Position numbers and translations under genes: made by a program
Notes under the pieces: model-generated
What the model saw: only the letters and a program-made list of their open reading frames with translations
Database searches by the model: none
What the model was told of the DNA's origin: nothing
Shown here: piece after piece, positions 1 through 10,084 of the stretch
Position numbering within the stretch: position 1 is the stretch's first letter
Layout of the letters: every line of letters starts with the position of its first letter
Source: Poseidonia sp.
Lineage (GTDB): Archaea > Thermoplasmatota > Poseidoniia > Poseidoniales > Poseidoniaceae
DNA length: 64,000 nt
NCBI GenBank assembly: GCA_022426155.1
Contig: JAKMEE010000022.1
Location: 90,610 to 154,609, forward strand
Reading direction: 5' to 3'

Positions 1-150
1 CAGCAATGGGCCCCTGTTGCAAGCGGGGATGTTTTGTTCACGGGAACCCCCGACGGGGTTGGCCAACTTCACCAAGGTGACACCCTCGTGGCTCGCCTTA
101 GTACGGCTTCAGGGGAAGTTTTGTCGGAACTTGCCCTTACCTGTGACTGA
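1..150 (+). CDS. 3' end of a fumarylacetoacetate hydrolase (FAH)-family enzyme gene (5' end outside the window)
   Basis: Frame 1 is open from the window edge to TGA 148-150 and reads ...SGDVLFTGTPDGVGQLHQGDTLVARLSTASGEVLSELALTCD*. The GTPxGVG...GD block is the conserved C-terminal FAH-fold signature. It is absent from the ORF track because it has no start in the window. Confidence 0.6.
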   Translation, partial: QQWAPVASGDVLFTGTPDGVGQLHQGDTLVARLSTASGEVLSELALTCD

Positions 151-202
151 GGGTTGCTTTCATATAGCGCGTGCAGGTCGGTGGGACGCAGGAGGCATCA
201 CT

Positions 203-583
203 ATGGCTCAATGGCACGGTATTTCACGAAGAAAATCAAGCGGTGGACGTAAAGTTCAGGCCCGCGGTAAGCGCTCAACAGAAATCTCTACCGAGAAGCA
301 ATTTGCTTTGGTTGGCGACCCCAAGCGCAAGATCTACCGTAAGACCGGTGGAAACAAAATGGTGCGCGTGATGGCTGCAAATCAAGTCAGCGTGAACCAT
401 CCAAAGACTGGAAAGACCACCATGAGCACCATCCACAGTGTGGTGGAAAATGCTTCCGACCCTAACTATGTTCGTCGAAACATCCTCGTGAAGGGTGCTG
501 TTATTGAGACCGATCAAGGTCGAGTCAAAATCACTTCCCGTCCAGGAAAAGATGGCGTCATTAACGGCGTTCTTCTTGAGTGA
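203..583 (+). CDS. rps8e: 30S ribosomal protein S8e
   Basis: ORF 17..583 trimmed to ATG 203, with GGAGG at 191-195. MAQWHGISRRKSSGGRK...VRRNILVKGAVIETD...VKITSRPGKDGVINGVLL is the typical S8e pattern. The upstream 62 codons overlap the preceding gene. Confidence 0.9.
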   Translation: MAQWHGISRRKSSGGRKVQARGKRSTEISTEKQFALVGDPKRKIYRKTGGNKMVRVMAANQVSVNHPKTGKTTMSTIHSVVENASDPNYVRRNILVKGAVIETDQGRVKITSRPGKDGVINGVLLE

Positions 584-640
584 CGTTGGATACGGCGACC
601 TCAAGTAATTCGGGGGTCACCCCTACCACGAGGCGAGACC

Positions 641-1090
641 ATGGACCACAACCCCGACCGAATTTGCGTTTGGCCAGGATATTTTGATGCCAAGGTTTCA
701 CGGCGTAAGGGCCGCAGGGTTCCAAAAGATGCTTCAGTGCTGAAGCCAGACCTCGAAGGATTGTTCACAGCAGCCCGTCAAGTCGGTTTGAAAAAAATCA
801 AGCGCGAAGATCACACCTCACACCCTCGTCGACCACATGGCAAAGAGGGCCGCCTTTGGGTTTCCAGCAAAGGTGCCAAAGAATCCATTGGAGCAGGAAC
901 CAAAGAAGAATTACTCCAACTCATAGGGGGCCAGTGGCGTCAAATGCAACGGGACCGCCGAGACGAAGCGGAAAAGCAAGCAACTCGTGGACCTCAAGCA
1001 GGGGATAAGCGCGCTCGGGCACAACGAAAAACCCCGAAACAGCAACGCTCGGGTGGATTCAAGAAGCGGTCAGGCTTCAAGAAGCGATAA
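641..1090 (+). CDS. srp19: Signal recognition particle protein SRP19 with a basic C-terminal tail
   Basis: The N-terminus ICVWPGYFDAKVSRRKGRRVPKDASV matches the SRP19 signature (hWPxYFDxxxSRxxGRRVP). Confidence 0.85.
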   Translation: MDHNPDRICVWPGYFDAKVSRRKGRRVPKDASVLKPDLEGLFTAARQVGLKKIKREDHTSHPRRPHGKEGRLWVSSKGAKESIGAGTKEELLQLIGGQWRQMQRDRRDEAEKQATRGPQAGDKRARAQRKTPKQQRSGGFKKRSGFKKR

Positions 1091-1145
1091 TTATCTGCGT
1101 ATTTGAAATACATGATTTGATAACCTTCACCTCCAAAGCACGGCC

Positions 1146-1667
1146 ATGAGTCAGCGCCCAATAGCATGGTTTGTTCTGATTTTTTTCATCGCCTCCATTC
1201 AAGGCGATCTTTTTCTTGACGCACCCACCTCCAATCAGGAAGACCCTCCGGAAGATTTCATCATCACGGTCGATAGCACTAATCTTCGTTTTTCACCATC
1301 CTCTGTAACTGTCACTGAAGGCGATACAGTTCGTTTCTTTTGGAGCGGTCAGGCCTTACCTCACAATGCCGTTGAACAGAATGAGGTGTTTGATTCAGGT
1401 GAGCCAGAACGAAACGTGGATTACTCGTTTACCTTTGAAATCGGCATGAACGGAACCTATGATTTCGTTTGTGAACCGCATGCCGCGTTTGGAATGGTTG
1501 GCCAAATCATCGTTGAACCCGCTCCCATGCCGCCACCGGACAACACCACCAATGAAACAAATACCACAATGACCGATGAGGCAGAAAACATGCCCCATCT
1601 CCCCCTCCATGCAGTTAGCGGAGTGCTGGTACTTGCTGCGCTCGTGCGCTCGAAAGGCCGCTACTGA
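1146..1667 (+). CDS. Membrane-anchored blue-copper (plastocyanin/halocyanin-like) protein
   Basis: N-terminal signal/TM segment. The type-1 Cu ligand pattern is present (LPHNAV ... CEPHAAFGM, i.e. H...C-x2-H-x4-M). An Asn/Thr-rich linker and a C-terminal hydrophobic anchor follow. Confidence 0.8.
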   Translation: MSQRPIAWFVLIFFIASIQGDLFLDAPTSNQEDPPEDFIITVDSTNLRFSPSSVTVTEGDTVRFFWSGQALPHNAVEQNEVFDSGEPERNVDYSFTFEIGMNGTYDFVCEPHAAFGMVGQIIVEPAPMPPPDNTTNETNTTMTDEAENMPHLPLHAVSGVLVLAALVRSKGRY

Positions 1668-2704
1668 GCTGGCAATTCATGAAGCCAACCGAATACATCG
1701 TCATCCGTCTCGCTTTGAATGCCCGTTAAAGCCGAATACAATTCGGTGGTAATGCTGCCAGGCAATCCGTTTCCATACACTTTCTTCTTTCCACCATGGG
1801 TGATAGAGCCGATGGGTGAAATCACAGCAGCAGTTCCGCAACAAAAGGCTTCATCTGCTTCCATAGCAAAATCCGCAAGCACCTTTTCTTCGACAACTTG
1901 GTAGCCGCGGTGTCGGGCGAGTTGTATGATGGAATCGCGGGTGATACCCGGGAGAATTGTTCCCGTGAGTTCCGGCGTGTACAATGTCTTACCCTTCACA
2001 CAGAAGAAATTCGCTGCCCCGACCTCTTCGATGCAGGTGTGCGTTTCTGCGTCAAGATAGATCACTTCAGCAAATCCTAGTTTTTTGGCATCTTTGCTTG
2101 GCTTCATGCCGGGTGCATAATTCCCAATTGCTTTCACTCCTCCAGAGCCGCCGGGGGCCGCACGATGATTGTGTTCGGAAATGAGAAGATCAATTGCATT
2201 CACTCCGCCTTTGAAGTACGGACCAACAGGTGTGACGTAAATCAAAAACGTGTAGGACGGTGCTGGTGCAACGCCGAGGATGGGGCCGCTTCCCATGAGC
2301 AACGGGCGGACATACATGGCCCCCTTGCCAGTCGGTGGAACCCAGTGAGAGTTGGCTGCAACCACTTGTTCAACAGCGTCGATAAACACGGATTCAGGTA
2401 CAGGTGGCATCTTCAAACGGTCAGCTCCACGCTGCATGCGTCGAGCATTCTCTTCTGGTCTGAAGAAAACGATTCGGTCCTTCGATGTACGGAACGCCTT
2501 CATTCCCTCAAACAAACCTTGACCGTAATTGAGTACGCCTGCTGCAGGTGACATCGGAATCGGGCCGTAGGGCTGAAGTTTTCCAGGCATCCAAGCCTCG
2601 TCTCCTTGGATCTCTGTGATATACATGATCTCCGTCGGAGTCAAAGAAAACGTGAGGCTGTCCCAATCATACGATTCATTCATCCAAGCGCCTCCTCTAT
2701 CCAT
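1661..2704 (-). CDS. ilvE: Branched-chain amino acid aminotransferase (class IV PLP enzyme)
   Basis: Typical BCAT blocks are present: LNYGQGLFEGMKAFR, GVKAIGNYA, EVGAANFF, PGITRDS. The ORF is open to 2782, but that start abuts the divergent polB start. I place the start at ATG 2704 (MDRGGAW...); 2734 and 2683 are alternatives. Confidence 0.85.
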   Translation of the reverse strand: MDRGGAWMNESYDWDSLTFSLTPTEIMYITEIQGDEAWMPGKLQPYGPIPMSPAAGVLNYGQGLFEGMKAFRTSKDRIVFFRPEENARRMQRGADRLKMPPVPESVFIDAVEQVVAANSHWVPPTGKGAMYVRPLLMGSGPILGVAPAPSYTFLIYVTPVGPYFKGGVNAIDLLISEHNHRAAPGGSGGVKAIGNYAPGMKPSKDAKKLGFAEVIYLDAETHTCIEEVGAANFFCVKGKTLYTPELTGTILPGITRDSIIQLARHRGYQVVEEKVLADFAMEADEAFCCGTAAVISPIGSITHGGKKKVYGNGLPGSITTELYSALTGIQSETDDDVFGWLHELPAQ

Positions 2705-2783
2705 CCATGCTATGGAGGTTCGGCTTTCAAGCATTCCTCTTACAAATTTTGGTAAATCTTGGCTTTTCTTCTTCCTGTTCAAG

Positions 2784-5522
2784 ATGGCTCACAGATGGGT
2801 TCTAATGGAGTGGGACATTGATGGATACGGAGGCGAGAGCATGAAGGGCCGCGTGGGCATTATCAATGGACGATATCACTCGACTGAGTCCATGCATGAG
2901 GGTGAGGCATGTCCTGAAACAGTGCTCGAGTTATTCGGTCGTATGGACGATGGGCGCTCAGTATGTTTGTTGGTCAAAGGTTTACGTCCAACCTTCGAAA
3001 TCGCACCTCTTGGCAGTTGGACGGTGGAACAGGAAGTGCCTGCTTTTCTCGAGGAGCGTCTCAAGCAAATTCGAAAAACAGAGCATGTGAGGTCGGTTTC
3101 CGGCCCCGTGATGAAATGGACAGAACTCGGAAACCGCCCAGTATGGACCATTGAAACAGACCAACCATTCCATGTTCCCTCCCTTCGAAAATTGCTTCAA
3201 GCCCAATCATGGAGGGTCTTTTCCGGAGATATTCCTTTTCTCAATCGCCTCTTTCTCGACCAAAACCTCGGCATGCACATGATGTTTGAGGGTGAGCTGG
3301 TTGACCAACGAGGGGAGGGCGAAGGTTTCCTCAATGAACGCATCATCAAAGCCGGTGGTGTTGGGCGCTACCCAGTTGATGTCACCGTCAGTTGCCACGT
3401 GGATAGTTTGTCTCAAAGTGAACCGTTTCAAGTTCCATTCCGTCTCTTTTCGTTTGACCTTGAAACCAGCATTGAGCATGAAACTGTGCTGTGCGCTGCA
3501 GCTTGGATTGAGAATTTAGGTGATGGTTCGCGTGAATCCTATTCCTTCGAGGGGGATGAATCATCTATACTTGAGAATCTCACCGATGTGGTGCGAAAGC
3601 ACGATCCTGACATCATAACAGGGTACAACATCGACAATTTTGACTTACCTCGTCTGGTTGACCGCGCTGCGGTTCTCAAGAAAAAAAGTGATTGGCTTGG
3701 TAAGGCTGATATTCTTGGCTGGGGGCGGGTCCCGGTCTTGGAATCTGAAATGCGAAGGAATCGAGATGCCTTGGTTCCCAAACGACAAAGCAATCGCGCA
3801 TGGAACCTTGCGGGAAGGTCGGTCATGGACACATGGTGGCAGGCTCGAATGGCTTTGAAACCGAGAAGAGAAACCCTCTCCTTTGTCGCAACCTTACTCT
3901 TTCCCGATGACGAAGATCGGCATAAGATGGATATTGACGCCTCCAATATGGACGTAGAGTGGGCCAACCGGCCAGCAGAAGTGATGGAATATTGTATCCG
4001 AGATGCAGCACTCCCCCTCGATATTTTGCAAGCCATACAAGTTGTGAGGCGGAAAGAAGCTGTGGCCGCTGTTGCCAACGTGACATTTGATACGGCTGCA
4101 AACGGGAGCACGAGTCAACTCATCGATTCATTAGTCATTCGTTTGGCCGATCAGCGCAACATTGCTGTTCCGTTAACCGGCTCGGCAGAAGCCAAGGAAG
4201 GGCAAATCACGGGCGGGTATGTCCACGACGTTGAAGCAGGTCTGCATCCATGGATCGCTGTGCTGGATTTCAAGAGCATGTATCCTTCCATCATGATTGG
4301 AAAAAACATCTGTTATACCACCCGCGTGGACCCTGCACAACCTGACCAACCTGCCGAAGGAGAACCCGTCCATCAAGCCCCAACCGGTGCAGTCTTCAGA
4401 GATTCCTCCATTCGCAAAGGCTTGGTTCCCTCTCTCTTGGAAGACTTGATGGCCAAACGTGACCAGCATAAGGCCTTCATAACTCAAGCCCGTCAAGCCG
4501 AAGATTCGACATCGATCGAATTTCATGATGCGATGCAATATGCTGTGAAAATTCTCATGAATTCATTTTACGGCGTTTTTGCAAGCGGCTTTTATCGGTT
4601 CACGCATCGAGACCTTGGCTCTTCAATCACGGCTTGGGCTCGACAAAACATCAAGGGCATCATCGGGGCGCTTGAGGAAGAGGGTCACGGAGTCGTATAT
4701 TCTGATACGGATTCCATCTTTGTTCGTTCGCCCGTTGGTGAAGATGCACCGACTCAACTGGATGAAGAAGACCTTGCCGCCATCGCTTTGGGTGATGAAA
4801 CTGGCCTGGCAAAGCAGGTAGCATACGACACAGCGCTCAACGCAATGGTTCACTTCGGCCAAGAAATTGCACAACGATATAGCAAAGAATCAGCAGTATT
4901 GGAATTTGAAAAAGGGTTGGCTGTTTTCTTCAGCCATGGTGCTAAAAAGCGCTATATCGGTCAAGTTGTTTGGCCATCAAAGGAAATGCTCGTACGTGGA
5001 TACGAAACTCAACGAACCGATTCATTTGCCTATCTCACCGCTTCGATGAAAGAGATTTTCCGCTTTGCGTTGGCCAACCGAGGTCAAGAATTGGTTGACT
5101 ATGCCATGAAACGAGTTCAGGACTTGAAACGAATGAGGGTTGATGCCAGCGACCTTATTTTGGCTAAATCGTGCAAGGGTCGTGTGACCAAGACTCCCGT
5201 CAAGGAGCGAAGCGATGTCGACTTTTCTCGCGATTATTCCAATCCAGATAGCATGGCCCAGGTGCGTGTGGCCCGGCAACGCATTGATCACGGTTTAGGA
5301 TTCACTTCAGGAATGAAAGTCTCCTATGTCGTGACGGATGCCTCAAAAAGCCCAATGAAAGTACAAGCTTGGTTTGAAGCGGAATCAAATGGGGGCATCG
5401 GACGCTATGATGGTCAGTTCTATGCAGAACGTTTGGCAGTTGCCTTGGGTCGAATCACAGAAGCTTTTGGGTGGAATGCGAAGGATTTGATCTCCGGCAA
5501 TCGTCAAACGACTTTGTTTTAG
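2784..5522 (+). CDS. polB: Family-B DNA polymerase
   Basis: Exo I FSFDLET, Exo II GYNIDNFDLPRL, motif A DFKSMYPSI, motif B KILMNSFYG, motif C VYSDTDS. No intein-like insertion was seen. Start chosen at ATG 2784, about 40 nt downstream of the A/T-rich TTACAAATTTT; 2805 and 2841 are possible. The ORF-track start at 2616 overlaps ilvE. Confidence 0.9.
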   Translation: MAHRWVLMEWDIDGYGGESMKGRVGIINGRYHSTESMHEGEACPETVLELFGRMDDGRSVCLLVKGLRPTFEIAPLGSWTVEQEVPAFLEERLKQIRKTEHVRSVSGPVMKWTELGNRPVWTIETDQPFHVPSLRKLLQAQSWRVFSGDIPFLNRLFLDQNLGMHMMFEGELVDQRGEGEGFLNERIIKAGGVGRYPVDVTVSCHVDSLSQSEPFQVPFRLFSFDLETSIEHETVLCAAAWIENLGDGSRESYSFEGDESSILENLTDVVRKHDPDIITGYNIDNFDLPRLVDRAAVLKKKSDWLGKADILGWGRVPVLESEMRRNRDALVPKRQSNRAWNLAGRSVMDTWWQARMALKPRRETLSFVATLLFPDDEDRHKMDIDASNMDVEWANRPAEVMEYCIRDAALPLDILQAIQVVRRKEAVAAVANVTFDTAANGSTSQLIDSLVIRLADQRNIAVPLTGSAEAKEGQITGGYVHDVEAGLHPWIAVLDFKSMYPSIMIGKNICYTTRVDPAQPDQPAEGEPVHQAPTGAVFRDSSIRKGLVPSLLEDLMAKRDQHKAFITQARQAEDSTSIEFHDAMQYAVKILMNSFYGVFASGFYRFTHRDLGSSITAWARQNIKGIIGALEEEGHGVVYSDTDSIFVRSPVGEDAPTQLDEEDLAAIALGDETGLAKQVAYDTALNAMVHFGQEIAQRYSKESAVLEFEKGLAVFFSHGAKKRYIGQVVWPSKEMLVRGYETQRTDSFAYLTASMKEIFRFALANRGQELVDYAMKRVQDLKRMRVDASDLILAKSCKGRVTKTPVKERSDVDFSRDYSNPDSMAQVRVARQRIDHGLGFTSGMKVSYVVTDASKSPMKVQAWFEAESNGGIGRYDGQFYAERLAVALGRITEAFGWNAKDLISGNRQTTLF

Positions 5523-5564
5523 TTTGAATTCTTTTCACCAATAGGAAGGTCTTTTCATCAAAGC

Positions 5565-6779
5565 ATGACCACGCATGGCTTGATGCGAGCCTTCCAAAAG
5601 TCCCTGCTCTTGGCGTCCCTGCTCTTGTTTTCAAGCCTGAGTGGTTGTTTGTTTGAAAATGATGATAGTGGCGGAAATGGTGAAATTTTAGCTGTTTTCA
5701 CTTTTTCACCTACCAGCAATATCCGTGCAGGTGATGTGATTTCCTTTGACGGAGGAGATTCAACTCCAGGTGATGGCTCATTGACCTATCGCTGGAATTT
5801 TGATTCCGAGGGTTCCATCGACATTGATGCTACAGGTAGGACCTCAGAATGGTCTTACGATGAGGCAAAAACCTTCAGTGTCACCTTGACGGTTTCAGAC
5901 GGCACTCGTACTGCCGAACAAACTCGCAGCATCACCGTTGTCGAAGCTACTGCGCAAGCACCCACCGCTTCCATAACTCAGTATCACGATGATGAGGATT
6001 GTGAAGATGAAGAAATAGTTGAGAACTCAAACATTGTCTTGTGGATTTGTGAGTTTGAAAAATCAAACACCGACCGTGCGGTGAGTGAAACCAAAACAGT
6101 GGAACTTGATGCTTCAGAATCCTCGGCTGGTGATTCCTCGCAATACATTACAGACTGGTACTGGGATTTGGACCTTGACGATGACAAGGACAATGACGGT
6201 GACAGCGAAAACGACAATGATCTGGCCGGTGAAACCGTTGACTGGGCCAATGTTGCTCCTGGTGAGTACGAAATAGGGCTTACCGTGCTGAATGACGTAG
6301 GGATGACCGATTCCGACACCATCCGTGTCTACATTTCCTATGCTGGATATTGGAAGGATTTTGAAATGGGTGGCAACACGTCGGGGAACGCCCAAGATCT
6401 TGATTTTGATGTCACTATCCACTACGACAAGGATGTTGGGAATACCATTAGCAAAGCAACAGCAGAACTCGAATATCCTCAAGAGGATGATGACTGGGTT
6501 GCTAGTCCGGGATCTTCCAATCGAAACAAATTGGACATTTACGCTTTCAACGAAGAAGACGATGAAGCCTCCAATACTTCAGCTACTGAACCCGACTCTC
6601 GTGATGCAGGAGATTGCAACGATGACGAGCAAGACTGTGTTCATCTCATTCTATCCTCTTACCTGTTCACCGAAACGGATTCAACCTACGGAGATGGTGA
6701 ATGGACCTTTACCATCCGAAACGAACGTTTCAACGATATTGCGGTTGACCAATTTGTGATTCGTCTGCATTACAAGTGA
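5565..6779 (+). CDS. Secreted acidic lipobox protein with a PKD-like domain
   Basis: Signal peptide ends in LSGC (Cys codon 5646-5648). A PKD-like block is present (FDGGDSTPGDGSLTYRWNFD...FSVTLTVSDG). The rest is very Asp/Glu-rich (DLDLDDDKDNDGDSENDND). Confidence 0.6.
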   Translation: MTTHGLMRAFQKSLLLASLLLFSSLSGCLFENDDSGGNGEILAVFTFSPTSNIRAGDVISFDGGDSTPGDGSLTYRWNFDSEGSIDIDATGRTSEWSYDEAKTFSVTLTVSDGTRTAEQTRSITVVEATAQAPTASITQYHDDEDCEDEEIVENSNIVLWICEFEKSNTDRAVSETKTVELDASESSAGDSSQYITDWYWDLDLDDDKDNDGDSENDNDLAGETVDWANVAPGEYEIGLTVLNDVGMTDSDTIRVYISYAGYWKDFEMGGNTSGNAQDLDFDVTIHYDKDVGNTISKATAELEYPQEDDDWVASPGSSNRNKLDIYAFNEEDDEASNTSATEPDSRDAGDCNDDEQDCVHLILSSYLFTETDSTYGDGEWTFTIRNERFNDIAVDQFVIRLHYK

Positions 6780-6807
6780 ACTGTGAAATTATGAGGAGAT
6801 TCCATTC

Positions 6808-8259
6808 ATGCGACGCACACGCATCATCGCCACCATTGGACCTGCTAGCGACTCTTCTGAGATGCTTCTGAATTTATTTCAGGCTGGAGTTGACGTTTGC
6901 CGTCTCAACTACTCCCACGGCACACCCGATTCCAAAACCGAACTCTATCAACGAATTCGAAGCATGGAGGAAGTAATCGGTCGTCCCACATGTATTCTTG
7001 CAGATTTACCAGGCCCAAAATTGCGACTTGGAACCTTTCCAGGCGTGGTGATGCTTGAAGCAGGCCAATCAATTGACCTTCATTGCGGCCTCCAATCAAT
7101 GGATTCCGTTGACGGTACGGCTTTGCCCGTTCAATACGATGGATTGTCCGCAGAACTCAACGAAGGAGATCCTGTTCTGGTCGCTGATGGATTGATTCGT
7201 TTGCTTGTGAAACACAGTCCGAAATCCCCTGGCGGCATCGTTCAGTGCATGGTGGAGGATGGAGGACCAGTCAGCAGTCAAAAGGGCGTCAATGTCCCAG
7301 GCACATTGGTCGAATTACCAGCGATTGGGCCCAAGGATAAGTTGGCCATGGCCCATGCTCTTGCCCAAGGGGCCGACTACATCGCTGTAAGTTATGTTCG
7401 TACGGCCGAGGACCTTCGTCCTGCGAAGCAAGCCATCACAGAGGCAGGCGTGCATGTTCCAATCATTGCCAAAATCGAGCACCCTTCTGCTCTCGAAAAT
7501 CTGGATTCGATTCTCCAGGTTGCAGATGCAGTGATGGTTGCCCGAGGAGATTTAGGGGTTGAAATCCCTCTTGAAAATGTCCCGCTGGAGCAACAAACCA
7601 TCATCGATAAAGCCATTGAACGAGGCATGCCGGTTATCGTTGCGACACAGATGCTTGAATCAATGACTTTGCAGCCCCGCCCAACACGTGCGGAAGTGAG
7701 CGATGTGTCCACTGCCATAAGACACGGGGCGACAGGAGTCATGCTTTCTGGAGAGACGGCCTCGGGAATGTATCCACTCGAAACAGTCCAGACGATGTCA
7801 AAGATAGCATACGCAACCGAACAAGGTTTGGATTCACACGATCAACGGCCCAATGCCCTCGCCCGGTTCCGTTCCACGCGTGCAGTGGCCCATGCGGGTG
7901 TCGAACTTGCAAGGATGTCAGGAGCCAATCGTATCGTCGTTGCCACCGAGCACGGCAATGCCCCTCGTTTGGTTACGGGGTATCATCCTACCATCCCCGT
8001 CACCGCAGTTAGTGATCGTCTACGAGCTCTTCGCCGTACTTGCATGCTACCTGGGGTTGATACGGTGATGGTAGATGAAAATGAACGTGGTTCACAAACC
8101 ATGAAGAATGCTTTGACTGCTTTGATTGAGGATGGACGAATCCAACCAGGTCAACGTATTGTGACCATTTCTGGCAGCCCACTTGCAATGCGAGGCGCAA
8201 CGAGCACACTCCGCTTGTACCGCATCGGTGAGAATGGGGACATTATTGGCTCAGAATAA
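6808..8259 (+). CDS. pyk: Pyruvate kinase
   Basis: MRRTRIIATIGPAS..., NYSHG, MVARGDLGVEIP, ATQMLESM and MLSGETA are canonical PK motifs. GAGGAG lies upstream. Confidence 0.9.
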   Translation: MRRTRIIATIGPASDSSEMLLNLFQAGVDVCRLNYSHGTPDSKTELYQRIRSMEEVIGRPTCILADLPGPKLRLGTFPGVVMLEAGQSIDLHCGLQSMDSVDGTALPVQYDGLSAELNEGDPVLVADGLIRLLVKHSPKSPGGIVQCMVEDGGPVSSQKGVNVPGTLVELPAIGPKDKLAMAHALAQGADYIAVSYVRTAEDLRPAKQAITEAGVHVPIIAKIEHPSALENLDSILQVADAVMVARGDLGVEIPLENVPLEQQTIIDKAIERGMPVIVATQMLESMTLQPRPTRAEVSDVSTAIRHGATGVMLSGETASGMYPLETVQTMSKIAYATEQGLDSHDQRPNALARFRSTRAVAHAGVELARMSGANRIVVATEHGNAPRLVTGYHPTIPVTAVSDRLRALRRTCMLPGVDTVMVDENERGSQTMKNALTALIEDGRIQPGQRIVTISGSPLAMRGATSTLRLYRIGENGDIIGSE

Positions 8260-8368
8260 GAGCAGTGCAACGGTTTTACAGAATTGCTTATTCCAATGGT
8301 ATGGCCTAACGCGTCGCGGTTTTCATATAGGGGTTGCTTTTCGGAAGGCTTGCTAAGGAGCGATTACC

Positions 8369-9658
8369 ATGCCAGCACAATGGGAAGACAGAAGCAAGCC
8401 ACACCGCAATATCGTGTTTATCGGTCACGTCGACCACGGAAAGTCCACAACTGTTGGACGTCTCCTCCTCGACTCTGGTCACATTGAAGAGCACGTTATT
8501 GAGAAGAACGAAAAACTCGCAGCAGAATCCGGTAAGGCCGGTTTCGGACTTGCTTACGTCATGGACGGACTCAAGGAAGAGCGCGAACGTGGTATTACCA
8601 TCGACGTCGCTCACAAGGAATTTTTCACCCCTGACTTTTACTGGACCATCATTGACGCACCCGGTCACCGAGATTTCGTCAAGAACATGATCACTGGTGC
8701 TTCCCAAGCCGACACTGCTGTCCTACTCTGTGCAGCTAACGACGGTGTTAACGCCCAAACCAAGGAACACGCGTTCCTTGCTAAGGTGCTTGGTGTCAAG
8801 GGCCTCATCGTTCACGTCAACAAGATGGATATCTCCGGTGTTGACTGGAGCGAAGACAAGTACAAGAAAGCCTGCTCTGAAGTTTCCAACCTCTTGAAGA
8901 TGGCTGGATTCAAGCCAGATGATGTTCCAATGATCCCCGCTTCTTCTTTGAACGGCGACAACGTGTTCAACAAGTCTGACAAGTGCTCATGGTACAGCGG
9001 ACCTACCCTCTTTGAAGCTATCAACGCAACACCAATGCCAAACAAGCCATCCGACAAGCCTCTCCGCTTGCCAATTCAGGATGTTTACAAGATTTCTGGT
9101 ATCGGTACTGTGCCGGTTGGGAAGATCGAAACAGGTGTCCTCAACGTCGGTAAGACAGTGATGTTCAACCCGTCAGCAAAGTCTGGTGAAGTGAAGTCCA
9201 TTGAGATGCACCACACCATGGTCGACAAGGCAGAACCTGGCGACAACGTCGGATTCAACGTTCGTGGTCTTGCTGCAACTGACATCCGTCGTGGTGACGT
9301 TGCCGGATACACCGACAGCGAGCCTACCTTTGTTCGTCACGATGAGACCTTCGTCGGTCAAATCCAATTGATGGACATTCCAAAGGCTGTTTCCGTCGGT
9401 TACACTCCTGTGTTCCACGCTCACACCGCTCAAGTTGCTGTTCGTTTCCTTGACCTCTTGGAAAAGACCAACAAGAACGGTAAGGAAGCTAACCCTTCCT
9501 TCCTCAAGACCGGTGACGCCTGTTTGATTCGCTTCCAGCCAACCAAGCCTATGGCCATCGAGCAAATGGATACCTTCCCTGAGCTTTCCCGCTTCGCTAT
9601 TCGTGACATGGGTAAGACCGTCGCCGCTGGCGTCTGCTTGAAGATTGACAAGAAGTGA
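8369..9658 (+). CDS. tuf: Translation elongation factor EF-1alpha
   Basis: GTPase motifs GHVDHGKST, DAPGHRDF and NKMD, full-length EF-1alpha-like sequence, and AAGGAG upstream. Confidence 0.95.
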   Translation: MPAQWEDRSKPHRNIVFIGHVDHGKSTTVGRLLLDSGHIEEHVIEKNEKLAAESGKAGFGLAYVMDGLKEERERGITIDVAHKEFFTPDFYWTIIDAPGHRDFVKNMITGASQADTAVLLCAANDGVNAQTKEHAFLAKVLGVKGLIVHVNKMDISGVDWSEDKYKKACSEVSNLLKMAGFKPDDVPMIPASSLNGDNVFNKSDKCSWYSGPTLFEAINATPMPNKPSDKPLRLPIQDVYKISGIGTVPVGKIETGVLNVGKTVMFNPSAKSGEVKSIEMHHTMVDKAEPGDNVGFNVRGLAATDIRRGDVAGYTDSEPTFVRHDETFVGQIQLMDIPKAVSVGYTPVFHAHTAQVAVRFLDLLEKTNKNGKEANPSFLKTGDACLIRFQPTKPMAIEQMDTFPELSRFAIRDMGKTVAAGVCLKIDKK

Positions 9659-9697
9659 GTTCATCTCACGAGTTGACGAATTCAAGGATGGGGTATT

Positions 9698-10027
9698 ATG
9701 GCTGCTGTGACAATTATCAAATTGACTGGTGAAAATCACAAGGACATTGATACTGTCGCTGGACAAATCAAAACGATTTGTGAAAACGGTGGCATTACCC
9801 TTCGTGGCCCAATCCCTCTACCAACCCGCCGTTTGGTTGTGCCTGTGCGTAAGGCACCCGATGGCGAAGGTAGTGAGACCTACGATCACTGGGAACTCCG
9901 TGTTCACAAGCGTCTCCTTGAAATGGACATCTCCACTGGTAAGGATGAAAACGCTCTCCGTTTGGTCACCAAGATTCCAATCCCAGATACCGTGAGTATT
10001 GAAATCTCAATGCGATCCGTCAACTGA
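9698..10027 (+). CDS. rps10: 30S ribosomal protein S10
   Basis: GPIPLPTRRLVVPVRKAPDGEGSETYDHWELRVHKRL is the typical S10 core. The tuf-rps10 order is the conserved archaeal arrangement. Confidence 0.9.
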   Translation: MAAVTIIKLTGENHKDIDTVAGQIKTICENGGITLRGPIPLPTRRLVVPVRKAPDGEGSETYDHWELRVHKRLLEMDISTGKDENALRLVTKIPIPDTVSIEISMRSVN

Positions 10028-10084
10028 TGGCTTTCCATCAATGAAATCCTCATTGGATTTGCTTGATTATTGAGGTTGTCTCCT

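Noticed and set aside
17-202. 62-codon N-terminal extension of the S8e ORF
   Set aside because: It overlaps the 3' end of the FAH-family gene in another frame. S8e begins at the conserved MAQWHG... with GGAGG upstream.
2616-2783. Long N-terminal extensions making the ilvE (to 2782) and polB (from 2616) ORFs overlap head-to-head by about 170 nt
   Set aside because: Divergent genes need promoter space. The extensions have no conserved sequence, and internal ATGs give proteins starting at the expected conserved N-termini. The exact starts remain uncertain.
3539-4111. 190-aa minus-strand ORF (plus several 70-90-aa ORFs) inside polB
   Set aside because: It is antisense to conserved polymerase exonuclease and palm motifs, so it is a shadow ORF.
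9173-9766. 197-aa minus-strand ORF overlapping tuf and the rps10 start
   Set aside because: It is antisense to EF-1alpha, one of the most conserved genes in the window, so it is a shadow ORF.
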